Assembly: GCF_009914755.1 (NCBI RefSeq)
Contig: NC_060931.1
Origin: the human T2T-CHM13v2.0 reference genome, Homo sapiens
Length of the DNA: 64,000 nt
Strand: one strand, 5' to 3'
Part shown: positions 13,085 through 31,108 of the stretch, one piece after another
How the letters are laid out: every line of letters starts with the position of its first letter
Numbering within the stretch: the stretch's first letter is position 1
Notes under the pieces: generated by a model
What the model was told of the DNA's origin: nothing
The model's input: the letters and a program-made list of their open reading frames with translations, nothing else
Databases searched by the model: none
Program-made: the position numbers and the translations under genes

Positions 13085-13850
13085 ACTATAGTACATTTAT
13101 GTAATGGATTGCTATGCCACTGACTAATATCCCAAAGCGAAAGATCTCTATAAGCTGATAAGGAGTGATTTCCAAGATCCATTATAAGTGAAAAAAAAAC
13201 CGCATGAGTCTATTTATATTATGCTCCCTCTTGAATAAGAAACAAGGGGAAATATATTTGTTTATTTTTGCAAAAGACAAAGAAGACAGGACCAGAAACA
13301 ATGAAAATTACCCACAAAGGATGAGTTGGGAATAAGTAAGACAGGTTGGAGATGAAAGACTTCACATTTGTATATAGTTTTTACTTTTGAATAATGTAAA
13401 TGTTTTAATATTCAAATATATAGTTAACAAATTTACAAATCCTAAAATTGAATAGAAACAGAAATGAACCTAACTGTATGTGATATTAGTAACATAATTA
13501 TAATGGAAAATAATGATTAATTTAAATATTTTATGAATACAGTATCCCTACTGTATATCATTAGAGAGATCAATTCTAAATATGCACACCATGTACTCAC
13601 ACACACACAGCAGAGAAATCTTGAACCTCCCTGAGTAGGTTTGCTGTTGTTGATAATCATAAAGGAGCAGTTCTAAACTATATCACATATACTGTAGGAC
13701 AGAGCAAATAAGCAGCCATAATGAGGGTGTTGGGAACCACAGCTCTTATTCCAGGAGACAGAAAATACAAACAGACAGTAGGAGAAGGTAAAGAAGCCTG
13801 TTGTGTTAGATTTGAACTAGAACTATCAGTGTGAACTCATGATTACATAT
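13085..13850 (+). mobile_element. Old L1M (L1MC/L1ME) fragment
   Basis: ggagtgatttccaagat...aagtgaaaaaaa; gaactatcagtgtgaactcatg. Confidence 0.5.
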
Positions 13851-14074
13851 TCAGCAGGCTCTGAAGAGATGTTTGCTGAATGAATTCATAAATGATAGAC
13901 TATTTTTCAAAAAGTAAAAAAACTTTAAGGCAAAAGGTGAGTAATAATAATATTAACAATTTTAAGTAAAAAACATGTCACAGGAAACACTCTAAGAAAG
14001 ACGAACAAAGAACACTGCCGTGTGCGGAGAAAAAAGGCCTTGCTCAGCCCATGCTGAACTGCGTCCAACATAAG

Positions 14075-15070
14075 GTCTTGACCAAGTTTCTTTCTGGAAA
14101 GTAGATTCTGAGACAAGGGCTTGTGGCAAGTTTTTTCTTTTGGAAGTGATTCCAGGAGGCAGGAGAGGAGAACACGGAGAGTAAATTAGGGAGTAACAAG
14201 GGAAAACCAAGACACAGGTGCAATGTCAAGTCGTCATCCCGTGGGTGTATTCACCATGTTTCTAGCATCTGTAAACTTGAGCTGTAACATCTGCCCTATG
14301 CGCATATGCCAGACATGCCTGGTTCCAGGCAACCCAATAATAATATGTCTGAGTCACCTTGCCCCTGCACCTCCTCAGGCAGCAGTCCTCCTCTCAGGGG
14401 TGTGCCTTTCAAATACAAACCAACCGACCCAGAGTCTGCACCCCCAACCACCGCCCTTATAGAGCTTTTGTGTTCCTGGCCACTATCCATGGGCCTTAAT
14501 TACCCCAAGACCACTGACATTATCCAACTAGCCAATCCTAAATCAGCTTACCCTGCCTCGCTCACTGCTTCCTGAACCACACTGAGGCTCTTGCCTACAG
14601 CAGCCTGATCCCCCCTCTGCCCAGTGACCAGCCCCAGTGCTTCCCTGTATGGCCCACATGGTATGATGTGCCCCTTCTCTTGGAATCTGTGCGTGTAACA
14701 CACTATCTTTTCAATGTCAGTCACCTCCTGATCTGTTGGCCTTACTGTATTTAATAATAAACCCTACCAAGACAGGGTACCTGGGCTGGGTTCTACAGGG
14801 ATCACAGAGAAGGTGGGGAGCATGCTCAGAATTATCCCCCTGAGGAATTGAAGAGGGAGCATTTATCTGCAGGCTCTCATCCCCCATGGTCAAAGGTAAC
14901 TCCACAGGGAATTAATTTTCTAGCCCTTTGGGGTCTACCCACACATAAGTATGGGGCAATTCCCACATAATCTGGGTGGAAATGAAGAGAAATTAAGCCG
15001 GAGCTTAAAAATAGGACCAAGAGGAGGTGAAGCCAGGCCAAAGAGGTGCCCAGGATACAGGGTATCCACA
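14075..15070 (-). mobile_element. LTR16/LTR33-like ERVL LTR split by a MER74-like LTR
   Basis: gattctgagacaaggg...ggaagtgattccaggagg; gagcatttatctgc...ggtcaaagg...aattaattttctagc. Confidence 0.5.
14246..14768 (+). mobile_element. MER74/MER73-family ERVL solo LTR, copy 2
   Basis: tgtattcaccatgtttctagc...aactagccaatcctaa...ctatcttttcaatg...ctcctgatctgttggcct...taataataaaccct. Confidence 0.75.
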
Positions 15071-15794
15071 CAGCTTTTCTGTGCTAGAAAATACAGACAG
15101 AATCTAATCTGCTACTCATTCCTGCCTTAGAAGGATCACCATGGGCCTCTGCCATGGCTCATCTCAACTCAATCTGGTGAGTCTTTTGGAGTAAGTACTC
15201 TCCTCTGTGAACTCTGAGAGAGTGGAAAAGAACCCTTCCTCTGACTCTCCACAAATGTGGGCAGAAGACTCTCCAGGGGCACTGGAAAGGTCTGCTCTGA
15301 CAAAATGAAAAATAAAAACTCCCCTGCTCTGATTTATTTTAAGCTGATGTTGAAAGCATGAAATGTTTCTGACTAAATAGAGCCAAAAATACACAAACAG
15401 ATAGATTCACACAGGTCTTTCTCAATAATATCAAAAACCCCATGAGGGAAATCTTAGGTAAACTAAGCCTTCAGGGCACCAAAAATAATGCAGCTCAGGT
15501 GCAGGAGGTGAGCATCTCCCTTCAACCCACTCCATCTCATCAGCTTCTCCTCACTCCCCTCCCCAACCTTCTCTTTCCTCTCTCCTTTGACTTGTTCCTG
15601 ACTCTCATTCAATGCCTATTACATTCTCCTTTCCTCTTACCTCCCCTCTGTCCCTGCCATAAATCCTCTCCGTTCTCTTCACAAAGACAACTTTTCATGG
15701 ACCCATAAACCCTCCGGACTGGTTATAAATCCTCCTGACTGGCAGCATCTGTACCACTGAGCTCATCAAGAGAGCAGGGGCTCAGATTCAGATG

Positions 15795-15995
15795 TAGCAA
15801 ACATTTGTTCAGTACTTGCTGTGTGCTGGGCTCCACCTGTGTTAGCCTACTGAATCATCAGCCCTTCAAAGTAAGTATTATGGAAACTACTGAACACTGG
15901 GACACTAAGACTCCAAGAAATCAAATAACCTAGATTACAGAGTTAGAAAACATTACTTTGACCCAAAATTCTCATTCTCCTAATCCAAGGCTCTG
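15795..15995 (-). mobile_element. MIR fragment
   Basis: aacatttgttcagtacttgctgtgtgctggg... Confidence 0.5.
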
Positions 15996-16159
15996 TGTGA
16001 TACATCACACTGTGTTTATTACTTTATTACAGAGCAAGTAAACAGATGCTTAGTGTAGATCACGCAGAACATCCTGCATTTCTGAATAGGAAACAGACAA
16101 TTTTTTACATAGGAAACAGGATTTGCCTTATCGCAACTAGGAAGAGTCCTGACTTAGTC

Positions 16160-16430
16160 TTTTTTTTTTTTTTTTGGAGTCTCACTCTGTCACCCAGGCC
16201 GGAGTGCAGTGGCGTGATCTCAGCTCACTGCAACCTCCACCTCCCAGGTTCAAGCGATTTCTCCTGCCTCAGCCTCCTGAGCAGCTGAGACTACAGACGT
16301 CCGCCACCATGCCCAGCTAATTTTTGTATTTTTAGTAGAGACGGCGTTTCACCATGTTGGCCAGGCTGGTCTCAAACTCCTGACCTCGTGATCCGCCTGC
16401 CTCGGCCTACCAAAGTGCTGGCATTACAGG
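16160..16430 (-). mobile_element. AluS (Sg/Sc-like), lacking ~20 nt at its 5' end
   Basis: Poly-T followed by a reverse Alu body; TSD-like cctgactta on both sides. Confidence 0.9.
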
Positions 16431-17299
16431 CCTGACTTACTGTCTTGCATGCAGCAGTTTGCAGCTTCCTTTAACAAAGGAAGCTCAGGCTGCAGGGGAG
16501 GATAAATAATGCCAGGTGAATTTAATGGGCTGAGAAAAGACAAGAAAGCAAGAAAATGAGATAAGAAGAATCTAAATCAGAAATAACTACAGATTCATTT
16601 TGTGGTGTGCCTAAGAGTGGCAGCTTGATAAACTGCTAGTAAAAGGAGCCCAAGGTGATGTGGTAATCCCATTTAAATCTGACAAGTGACTCATCAACTC
16701 AGTTCTGTATAAGAATACTCAAAGATTATGCTGGCAGAAAGCTGAAAATTTAGAGTCCTGAGAAGCACAGGGAAAGAAAGAGACATAGTTCTCTGTAAAG
16801 GGAAGGAAAAAACATTACTGAAAACCTTCAACGGTTCTCAAAATATCTGTGACATAGGGTTGTAGCCTTCCTCTCCTTTGGAGAAATAAAACTCCTAAAA
16901 TTCTCAGTGGGTAGGAAATTTGGGGCTGGGATACATAAGAATTAGGAATGAATGGAGTAAAGCCCAGATGAAGAACTTTATGCTCACTAAAACAAAACAA
17001 TAATGATGGTACAAAAAATAAAGTACCAATAATGTTTTGAATATCTTAAATCAGTCACCTAGATACTGTTTTGTTATTTTCAATATAGTAGTTACTGGTT
17101 TTAGGAACTTTTCCGGAATTCTGTCTCCTGCAATTGCAAAAAGATTTGAAAATTTAACTCCTTATCATACACATCAGGGGTGGGGAAAAGGACTCCCTCA
17201 ACAAAATATAAGAATAAAATTTGATCTGTGATGATACATTCTAAATTCCCAAAGACATTAGGATTTATTTCTAAGTTATCTTGTTAGATTAACCTGTTT

Positions 17300-17612
17300 T
17301 TCTAAATCCCCAGTATAATAGTATTAAGAGGTGTGGCCTTTGGGAGGTGATTGGGTCATGAGGGATTCACGGAAGGACTCTGGTTCCCTTTTGTCCCTTC
17401 CATCATGTGAGGACACAGCGCTCCTCCTCTCAGAGGACACAGCAACCAGTCATCATCTTGGAAGCAGAAATCAGGCCCTCACCAGACACTGAATCTGCCA
17501 GCACCTTGATCTTGGATATTCATTCTCCAGAACTGTGAGAAATAAATTTCTGTTTTTTATAAATTACCCAGTCTCAGGTATTTTATTATAGCAACACAAA
17601 TGGCGTAAGACA
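17300..17612 (+). mobile_element. MST/MLT1A-type MaLR LTR
   Basis: ggcctttgggaggtgattgggtcatgagg...ccagaactgtgagaaataaatttctg...tattttattatagcaacacaaatggcgtaagaca. Confidence 0.85.
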
Positions 17613-18003
17613 CTTGGCAGATATAAGTGCAGAATTTTCCAAAAACATATACCTCTGGCATTTGTGTTTAAGTTAAATGCTATGTGGAATTGTAATATAA
17701 CTGGCTTTCTGGAATCATAAAAGTCTCACACACTGCTGCTTTCTGAAAGTTACATGGGAGAGAGGATTTAGAAATTACGAAGAATGGACTGTGTCCCATC
17801 TTTTGTTATCTGCGAGACACAAAGTGTAGGAAATAATTCAACAGACTCAGAAAATAATAGCTGGAAGTAATGAGGGGAAACCCCTAAAACTGTCACAGAA
17901 ACTTTAAGGATTGAAACTGGATGTGAAATGAAGATTTGAAACAATCTTGTATAGGTCTTAAAGGGAAAGTCTACATGATATCTGGATCATATATTAAAAA
18001 CTT

Positions 18004-21712
<3,709 letters not shown>

Positions 21713-21722
21713 ACAACTTCTT

Positions 21723-22185
<463 letters not shown>

Positions 22186-22605
22186 TTACTCAGATAGGTT
22201 CTATTTGGTCACGTTATATTGTTACTAGAATATACTTACAGATTTGCAGTGCCAGTAATTCTATTCTTCACCTTTGGTTTCCATTCTAGCCTTTAGTTTC
22301 TTCTTTTACGTTGTTTTTATCCTGGGAATAGTCTATTCCCCAATATTTGAATAAAATTGCCTATAAAACTCTTGGAATCCAAATTAATTTTAGCAAAGTA
22401 ATTATTTCACAAATTTTTAAAAGTCTTTGTTTTTGCTGCATTCATCTTACCTATTTCTTTTGGAATATTTTCCTTTACAATTGCCATTTTGCAGAGATAT
22501 TCAAATTTGTTTGCATAAATTTATTTGCATCTTCTGTTTTAATCTTCATCTACATATTAATAGTTTTGAGTATTTATTTGCTTATTTTCTTCTCTGTCTA
22601 CTTTC

Positions 22606-22815
22606 TAGAGCTCTTCTTTCCAACATGATGGCCATTAGTCACATGTGGCAATTTAAATTTGGAATAACTAAAATTTAATAAAATCAAAAATCCACTTCTT
22701 TAGTCTCACTAGCACATTTCAATGTTCAATAGACACATGACTAGTAGCTGCTGTATTGCATAGCACCAACAGAATTTTCCAACATTACAGCAAGTTTCAC
22801 TGGACCGTGCTAGTC
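22606..22815. mobile_element. MER3-like hAT-Charlie element
   Basis: ggccattagtcacatgtggc...agcacatttcaatgttcaatagacacatg. Confidence 0.7.
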
Positions 22816-22981
22816 TAGAGATTTGTTAATTTCATTGCCTTTTTAAAGTGGTAGTTCTTGAACTTAGAAACTCTGCTACTTTCCCATTTCTAATTCATTT
22901 GTCTTTGCTTTTAGATTTGATATTTTCATTCCCCTACTTTCAATAGATTAGTCTTCCACTTTTTTCCCTAATTTGTTTTTT

Positions 22982-23291
<310 letters not shown>

Positions 23292-24003
23292 CTAATTTGT
23301 TTTTTAAATCAGAGAATTTCTATCTATGGTTTTGGCTACATGTCACCCGTTTGACATGTCAACTTCTAAGAAGACAGCAATGGCAATGTTTATTTCCCAG
23401 AAGTTGTCTATTTTTGAAAACATATTCCCAGTAGTTGTTTTTAGTGGTGGTGTCGCTTAAACTTGTCTTCTTCCTTTCTTTACCTTTTTTATTTTCTAGG
23501 TAACAATATAGTCATTATATGGATAGTTACATAATATGTAATTAATTAATGTAATAATATTACATATTATATGACTATAATATGGTAACTTTGTAACAGT
23601 ATAGTCAGAGAGTATGTCCTACATAATCTAATCTTGATTTAATCTAATCTGATTTTTTGTCATCTAACTCATGGGAATTTTTGTAACTATTTCATGGGCA
23701 CTAATTTAAAGAAAAGGACCATATCTAGCATAGCACGCAAGATCTATCCTATGGCTGGAATAAGGTGTAGCATTTTCACATCTTCATTGTGGACGGCATC
23801 CCTCCCTCATCAATAGAAAATTACTCATTTTGCAATTTGTTCCTTGAATTCTGCTTTTTAGAAAGTTGATCCTACCAGAGCTAGCTCCTTTTTATTTGTA
23901 ATTACCTGAAACATTCTTGCCTATCATTTTTGGTTTTAGTTTTTCCTCTTGAAACAATATATAGCTGTAATGTGTTTTAATCCAGATTGGGAAACTATTA
24001 TAA

Positions 24004-24183
24004 TTTTCTTTTCTTCTTTCTTTCCTTCTCTCTCTTTCTCTTTCTCTCTCTCTTTCTTTTATTTTCAGAGACAAGGTCTCACTATGTCACCCAGGCGGGC
24101 CTCCAACTCCTGGGCTCAAGCAATACTCCTGCCTCAGTCTCTCAAGTAGCTGGGATTACAGGTGTATGCAGCCATGCCTGGCT
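24004..24183 (-). mobile_element. FLAM/AluJ monomer with a CT-rich degenerate tail
   Basis: gagacaaggtctcactatgtcacccagg...ctcctgggctcaag; (TC/TTTC)n at 24004-24060. Confidence 0.8.
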
Positions 24184-24532
24184 GATAGTTATCTTTAAAC
24201 TTAAAATTATATATTCTTATATTATGTTTCTCTTATATTTTTATCAACATCAATAACTTAATAGTGTCCACTTACTCCTATGTGTCTGAGGTGATGAGAT
24301 TACCTTTCCCATCTCTTTCTTTCCCTCTACTCACTTTTACTAATATTATGTGAATTTTTAGATATTTTGCTAAATTGTTATTTTAATATTAAGATGTATC
24401 ACTGTTAAGAATTATGATGGTATTTCACATAACATTCTGTTTTCTAATTTTATGTCCAATAAATATTTGGACTTAAAGATACATTTACCTGGTTTTGGTG
24501 CTCAATACTTCTTTAACGTAACAATTTATAAT

Positions 24533-24830
24533 CTAGAGCAACACTGTTCAATGGAACAGATGCAAGTTGCATACGTAATTTTAAATTGTCTAGTAGCTAC
24601 ATTCATTGAAGTGAAGACAAACATAAATAATTTTAACAACTTTAAGCCAATAAATCAAAAATCTGGTCATTTTAACATATAATCAATACAAACAATATTA
24701 ATGGAATTTTTATATTATTTTACTTTTTCTCAAAATCCATTGTGTATTTTACACTTACAGCACGTCTCAGTTAGGACTAGCCACATTTCAAGTGCTTAAT
24801 AGCCACATTATGCAGGACAGCACAGTTCTA
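24533..24830. mobile_element. MER33-like hAT-Charlie element
   Basis: tattttacacttacagcacgtctcagttaggactagccacatttcaagtgcttaatagccaca. Confidence 0.75.
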
Positions 24831-27524
24831 CAGAATTTATTTTGATTCCTGTTTCAATTGGCTGAAGTATATCCTTGAATTCTTTCCAAGAATGGCATGG
24901 TGGCTAATGAGATACACAAGAACAACAACTTAGGTATAGATTTATTGAATTTTCATTAAATTCAACATATTTCTCAGCTGTCTTATGCTATTTGCATGCT
25001 GTAGAAGAGAATTAGGAATAAAGTCTGATAGGTTTTTTTTCTTTGCAGGCAAACATTTTTCTTTATCTTTGTAATTCAAAAATGTTGCTAGTATATATGA
25101 AATTGGGGGGGGGATTTTACTAAAAAAAATTATTTCTATTGAACACAGGGAGCCCTTTTAATCTGCAAACCCAGGTCTTACTTTCTTCTGTTCAGGCAAG
25201 CTGCCTTCAATTTTTTCTTTGTTGCTTCTTTTCCAACTTTTCTCTCAGCATACATACGATTCATTTATTTATGTTGGTTCTTTCTTTTCTGACCTCCTAC
25301 TACCTTTTCTCATCATTTTCAATTTTCATCTATTTTCCAAGACAGTGTTTTCAAATTTAACTTCTAATCATTGATTAAAATTTTGTTGCTGTAATTTTTA
25401 TATTTCAGTGAGGATTTTATTTTAATTCCTATGTCACATATTTTTATTTATCTCTAACTCTAAAAACACCTGTTTCTCTTCTTATGTCTTTCTGCTGCTA
25501 TCTTACCAGGGCTACATCTTCTCATTTCTTTGGGGGAATGCAAAGTAGGATTTGCATTTTTCTTTGGGCTTCTATATTCAAAAGCCTACCTTTCTTCTAA
25601 GTCTTTAGGATGGTATTTTCTTTCCCTAGTTCTTCAGATTTTATTTGAAGTTTCATTTTAGATTTATCCCTAGTTTAATCATTCTGGAGTGCAAAAAAAC
25701 TCATAAAGAGCTTGTTAATTTTCACAAGGCAAGGTATGTGTGTTACTCTAGATTTTATTCATCATCTATTTGGGCACCATTTACTTGAGCTGTCAGCAGA
25801 AAGAATCAAGAATAAGACTAACATTTGTATTCAAACAGCTAGTTATCACAATAAGCAATGCATAACCCAAGCCTAAAGAGTTAGAAGCAAGAATGGGACT
25901 CAACCTGCTTCAAAGCAAAGCATTACATCTGTCCTTATCCAACTGATGTGCACAGCCCAGAGATAATTTTCAAAGTCTATTTAGAAATTCATCTGGTGCA
26001 GTGGATCACTATATAGTGAGACCATCAATTCCAAGAGGAAAGGTCTCCATTACTCTTTGTCATACATAAAAAGAATGAATCTGTTCAGCAGAGTAAAGAT
26101 GTACAAAAGATTAAAGGGAGACTGTTTTGAAGAACTTCAACAGCATTCATTTAGTAGACTAATTAGAACAAAAGCTTATCTGTTAGCAGTGAAATACACT
26201 TGACAAACATTTTCTTCATGGTTAGTGTAAGTTGGATACTTGAGAGGTAGAAGACAGCATTTTTTAAAAATTTTCTATAATTTATACTTTCACTAATTCA
26301 GACACTGCCTCCCCCAAAATTAAGTGAAAATTTTTTAATGCATAACTACCTTGAAGTATGCCAATGTCTGCAAAGCATGCAAAAATCCAAGTCTTACCAT
26401 CTGTTGGATGATTCATTTGTAAATCTGCCTAGTATTCCTTTGGGAAGTTCCAGGGCTGATTTTTAACCTCATTATAAAAATTTGGTGGGAATGAATTCAG
26501 GGATATAGTATATATGATGTGCTCTGAGCACTTGGAAGAGTGTGCCACATTAATCTGAGTCATGTTTAAATGGGATATGCACTGCAATCAAAAATAAAAG
26601 CGTTTGAAAGTAATTGAAGATTTAGGGTTTTTATCAAGAGTTCCAGAAAAAATAGAGGCTTTAGGGTAATATACAGATCACAGAAAATATTTTTTTCTAC
26701 TTTTTGCCCAAACTAGCCTTTGCTGATAATAAAGACACTAAACTCCTATGGGAAAGAACTGTGACTTACTCATTTTTGAACCCCCACACCCAGAATGTCC
26801 TTTCAAGGTTAACTTTTGTATCTACTTCTAAGATGTCTTCTTCTGAGGCTATAGAAACCACATTAAAAACTTGGTTGAACATCTCATCAGCCTTGTCTTT
26901 CTTCCACCTGCTTCAATTACATCATGCATGGGCTTTCTTTGGCTTCTGACCCAACTGGCTTCACATCTTCACCTCCTTTCTTATTAGATTGCTCTATTGG
27001 ATTAGGGAACCTAGCTTCATAAAATGTACTGACCTGGAAATTAGGCAATTATTTCATGGGTTTCAAGAATCGCAGCTGCAAATGTAAGAATTTCATTAGG
27101 GCCCCCAAAACTACACAGTTGAAGAGGGAGTTGTTCATAGCTTAGTCTATAGGATGATGTTCCCTGGACTTGCACATTTCACAGCCTACAAAACTGTATG
27201 TGTTTACTCTGGGCTTCAGTCCATGGCTTAGCCACGGCCTAATGCACACCATGGCAAGAACTGTAGCACCTCCTTGGTCTACCTGCCTGTCCAGGGGAGG
27301 TGTGCTAGACATAGTGCTTGGCACACTATTGAGTTGGTGCTCCATAAGTATTTGTTGAAAAGGAGGCATCACAGGAACTTATGACTGATAAATCATGTGG
27401 TCTTGTGTAAATTAATAATGCATCTGAATTCTGTCTAGTAGAGTAACTGAGTATGAATCTCTAAGAACTTCCAGGGGATGAGTGGATTTTCCCTCCTGGT
27501 TTGGAGTTGGCACAGATCTTGAAT

Positions 27525-28035
27525 CTTTTCATTCACTCTGTTTTCAGTCCAATTAAACAAACATTTATTGAACACCTACGATACACTGACTGGTGGGGCA
27601 GTTTCTGCTTTCAAGGAACTCAGAATCTAGTGGGGAGACAGCCATTAAAGATATACTTAGGATACAGTGTGAAGCAAGCAATACTATAACCATGCAGAAA
27701 TATATAGATGTCAAATAAAGGAGAAAGTAATTAATTTTATCCTGGGGAGTCAGGCCAGGCTTTGTAGAAGAGGTGGTCTATGATCAAAGTTTTGAGAAAT
27801 GAGTGGGTTTTCTTGGTGATCAGCAGAGGGAGAGGATTTTCCATGCAGAAGGGACAGCATATGCAAAGGCATGGAGAAGTGAAATATCCTGGGAGAGCAA
27901 CTAGTTAAATTTTTCTGGGGCTTAAATGGTGAATTACTGCATGACAGAGGAGGTCAGCTTGAAGGAGCTTATGTGGTACTCTAAGGGCTTTGACTTTATT
28001 CTGCAGGCCGTGAGAAGTCAGTGAAGATGTTTTCA
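27525..28035 (-). mobile_element. L2 remnant, resuming at ~33545-33920 after the L1MC insertion
   Basis: aaacatttattgaacacctac...ggctttgactttattctg; continues with gacatggtcagattta at ~33570. Confidence 0.65.
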
Positions 28036-30793
28036 AATTAAATTCTTTTAATCACTCCTTCTTTTGAGAGAATTGTAAATTCACATGCAGTTGTAAGAAA
28101 TAATATGGAGATTCCCTGAACTGTTTATGAAGTTTCCCCCAGTGGTGACATTTTGTAACACCATAGTACAAGATCACAACCAGAATGTTGACATTGATGC
28201 AGTCAATTTACAAAGATTTCCATCACCACAAAGATCCTGAGGATCCATGAGGATGTTATCCTGTTATAGCCTTACTCATTTTCCTTCCACCCTACCCCCT
28301 CTTTTAACCCCCAACAGTCACTAGTCTGTTCTCTATCTTTATAGTTGTGTCATCTCGAGAATGTTATACAAATAGACTCACACAATATGTAACCTTAGGG
28401 GACTGGTTTTTTTCACTCACTGTAATTCTCTGAAGAGTCATCCAGGTTGTTGCATGGATCAGTAGCTCATTCCCCTTTCTTGCTGAGTAATAGTCCAGCA
28501 CAGTTTGTTTAACCATTCATCTGTTAGAATACATCTGGGTTGCTTCCAATTTTTGGCTACTACGGAAAAAGCTGCTATAAGCATTCATGTAGGTTTTTGT
28601 GTTAATATAAGTCTTCATTTTTCTGGGATAAATGCCCAACAGTGCAATTGCTGGTCGTATGGTAGTTGTATGTTTAGCTTTTTAAGATACTACCAAGTTA
28701 CTTTTCAGAATGGCTGTATCACCAACCATGTATGAGTAATTCAGTTTCTCTGCACCCTCAGCATTTGGAGTGATCACCATTTTTATTTTAGCTGTTCGGG
28801 TAGGTGTGCAGTGGTATCTCATTGTGGTTTTAATTTGCATTTCATTCTTCATGCATTTAATTTGCATTTTCCCTTTTCATATCTTTTTATGTGTTTATTT
28901 GCCATCGGTATATTTTCTCTGGTGAAATGTCTGTTCATGTTCTTTGACCATATTCAAAATGCATTGTTTGCTTTTTACTGTTGAGTTTTGAGAATTCTTT
29001 ATACATTCTAGATACCAGTCCTTTGTTGCATATGTGGTTTGCAAATATTTTATCCCACCTTGTAGAATGTCTTTTTATCCTAACAAAATCTTTCACAGAA
29101 CATCAATTTTTAATGTTGATGAAGCCCAATTTATCAATTTTTACTTTTATAGATCATATTTTTGTGTCAAGTCCATTTTTCCTAGTCCTAAGTCCCAAAG
29201 ATTTTCTGTTTTTTCTATAAGCTTCACAGTTTTATATTTAGGCCCATGATCTATTTTGAATTATTTTTTGTTTAATGTGTAAGACAGGTCAAGGTTCGTA
29301 TTTTTGTTTACAGATGTCCAATACTGAAGCACAGTTTGTTGAAAAGGTCATATTTCCTCCATTGAATTGCTTTTTCATCTCTGTCAAAAATCAGTTCAGC
29401 ATATTTTTGTGGATTCATTTCTGGGTTTTCTATTCTATTCTATTAATTTGTAAGTCTGTGCTTTCACCAATACCACTCATCTTGATCAATGTAGTTATAT
29501 AGGCCTTGAAATCGAGTAGATAGACTCCTCACACTTTTTTTTCTTTTTAAAAATGGTTTAACTGTTCTACTTCCTATGATTTTCTGTATACATTTTAGAA
29601 TACTCTCATCTATATAAAAAATCTTGCTGGGATCTTGATAGAAATTGTGTTAAATCTGCATATAATTATAGGGAGAACTGACATATTTGCTATGTTTCAT
29701 CTTCCAATCCATGAACACAGTATGCATCTCCACTTATTTAGATGTTATTTGATTTCTCTCATGGCACTGCATAGTTTTCAGCATACAAGTCTTGTACCTA
29801 CAAGTGTTGTTAGATTTACATCTACATATTTCACCTTGTTATATGTTGTAAATATGATTTTATTTTTATACAGGAATAGAATTGATTTTGTATGTTTATC
29901 TTATATACTGTGACCGTGCTAGAACTCATTTATTAGTCTAGAAATTTTGTTAATTAGCTTCCTTGGGATTTTCTATGTAGATAACCATGTCATCTGCAAA
30001 AGGGACAATTTTACTTCTGTCTTTTTTATCTGTATGTTTTTAAATTTTTCTTTTCATCCCTTATTACACTGGCTAGAGCTTTCAACACTATGTTGAATAG
30101 GAGTGGTGTAACTGAACATTCTTGCCTTGTTCTCATTTTTAAAGAAAAGCATCCGTTTTTGCCCTTAAATATAAAGTTAGTTGAAGGTTTTTGTAGATCT
30201 TCCTTATCAAGTTGAAGAAATTCCCCTAAATTATTATTTTTCTGAGAGTTTCTATCATGAATGAATATTGAATGCTGTCAAATATTTTTGTGCATCAATT
30301 GATATGATCATGTAATTTTTCTTCTTTAACCTATTAACATGGTGGATTATACTGATTGATTTTAGAATAGTGAATGATACTTGCATCCATAGAATTAACC
30401 CTACTTGGTTGTGTGGCATAGACTTTGTTTTATATATTATTGAATTCTATTTGTGAAAATTTTGTTAAAGATTTTTGCATCTATATTAATGAGATTTTGG
30501 TCTGTAATTTTTCTCTTTTTGTACTGTCTTTCTCAGTTTTGACATCAAGACAATGTTAGCTTCATACATGAATTGAGAAATATTCCCTTCTCTTCTATTT
30601 TATGGAAGAGATTATGTAGAATTGATGTTAAATTTTCTTTAGAAATTTGCTAGAATATTTGAGTCACACCATGTGGACTCAAGAGATTGCGGGGGGAGGA
30701 CAGCTTTTTATTACATACTACACTTTCTTAGTATAGAGTTATAAGGCTATTCAAATTATCTACTTCACATTGGATGAGTTTTGGTAGTTTATG

Positions 30794-31108
30794 TGGTTTT
30801 TTTTTTTGGTTTTGTTTTGTTTTTTTTTTTTTTTTGAGACGGAGTCTCACTCTGTCGCCCAGGCTGGAGTGCAGTGGCACAATCTCCGCTCACTCCAAGC
30901 TCCACCTCCCAGGTTCACGCCATACTCCTGCCTCAGCCTCCTGAGTAGCTGGGACTACAGGCGCCCGCCACCACACCCGGTAATTTTTTTGTATTTTTAG
31001 TAGAGACAGGGTTTCACCATGTTCGCCAGGATGGTCTCAATCTCCTGACCTCGTGATCTGCCCGCCTCGGCCTCCCAAAGTGCTGGGATTATGGGCGTGA
31101 GCCAGGCC
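30794..31108 (-). mobile_element. AluY
   Basis: caagctcc, ggttcacgcc and gacctcgtgatc diagnostics; TSD gtagtttatg at 30784-30793 and 31110-31119. Confidence 0.9.
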
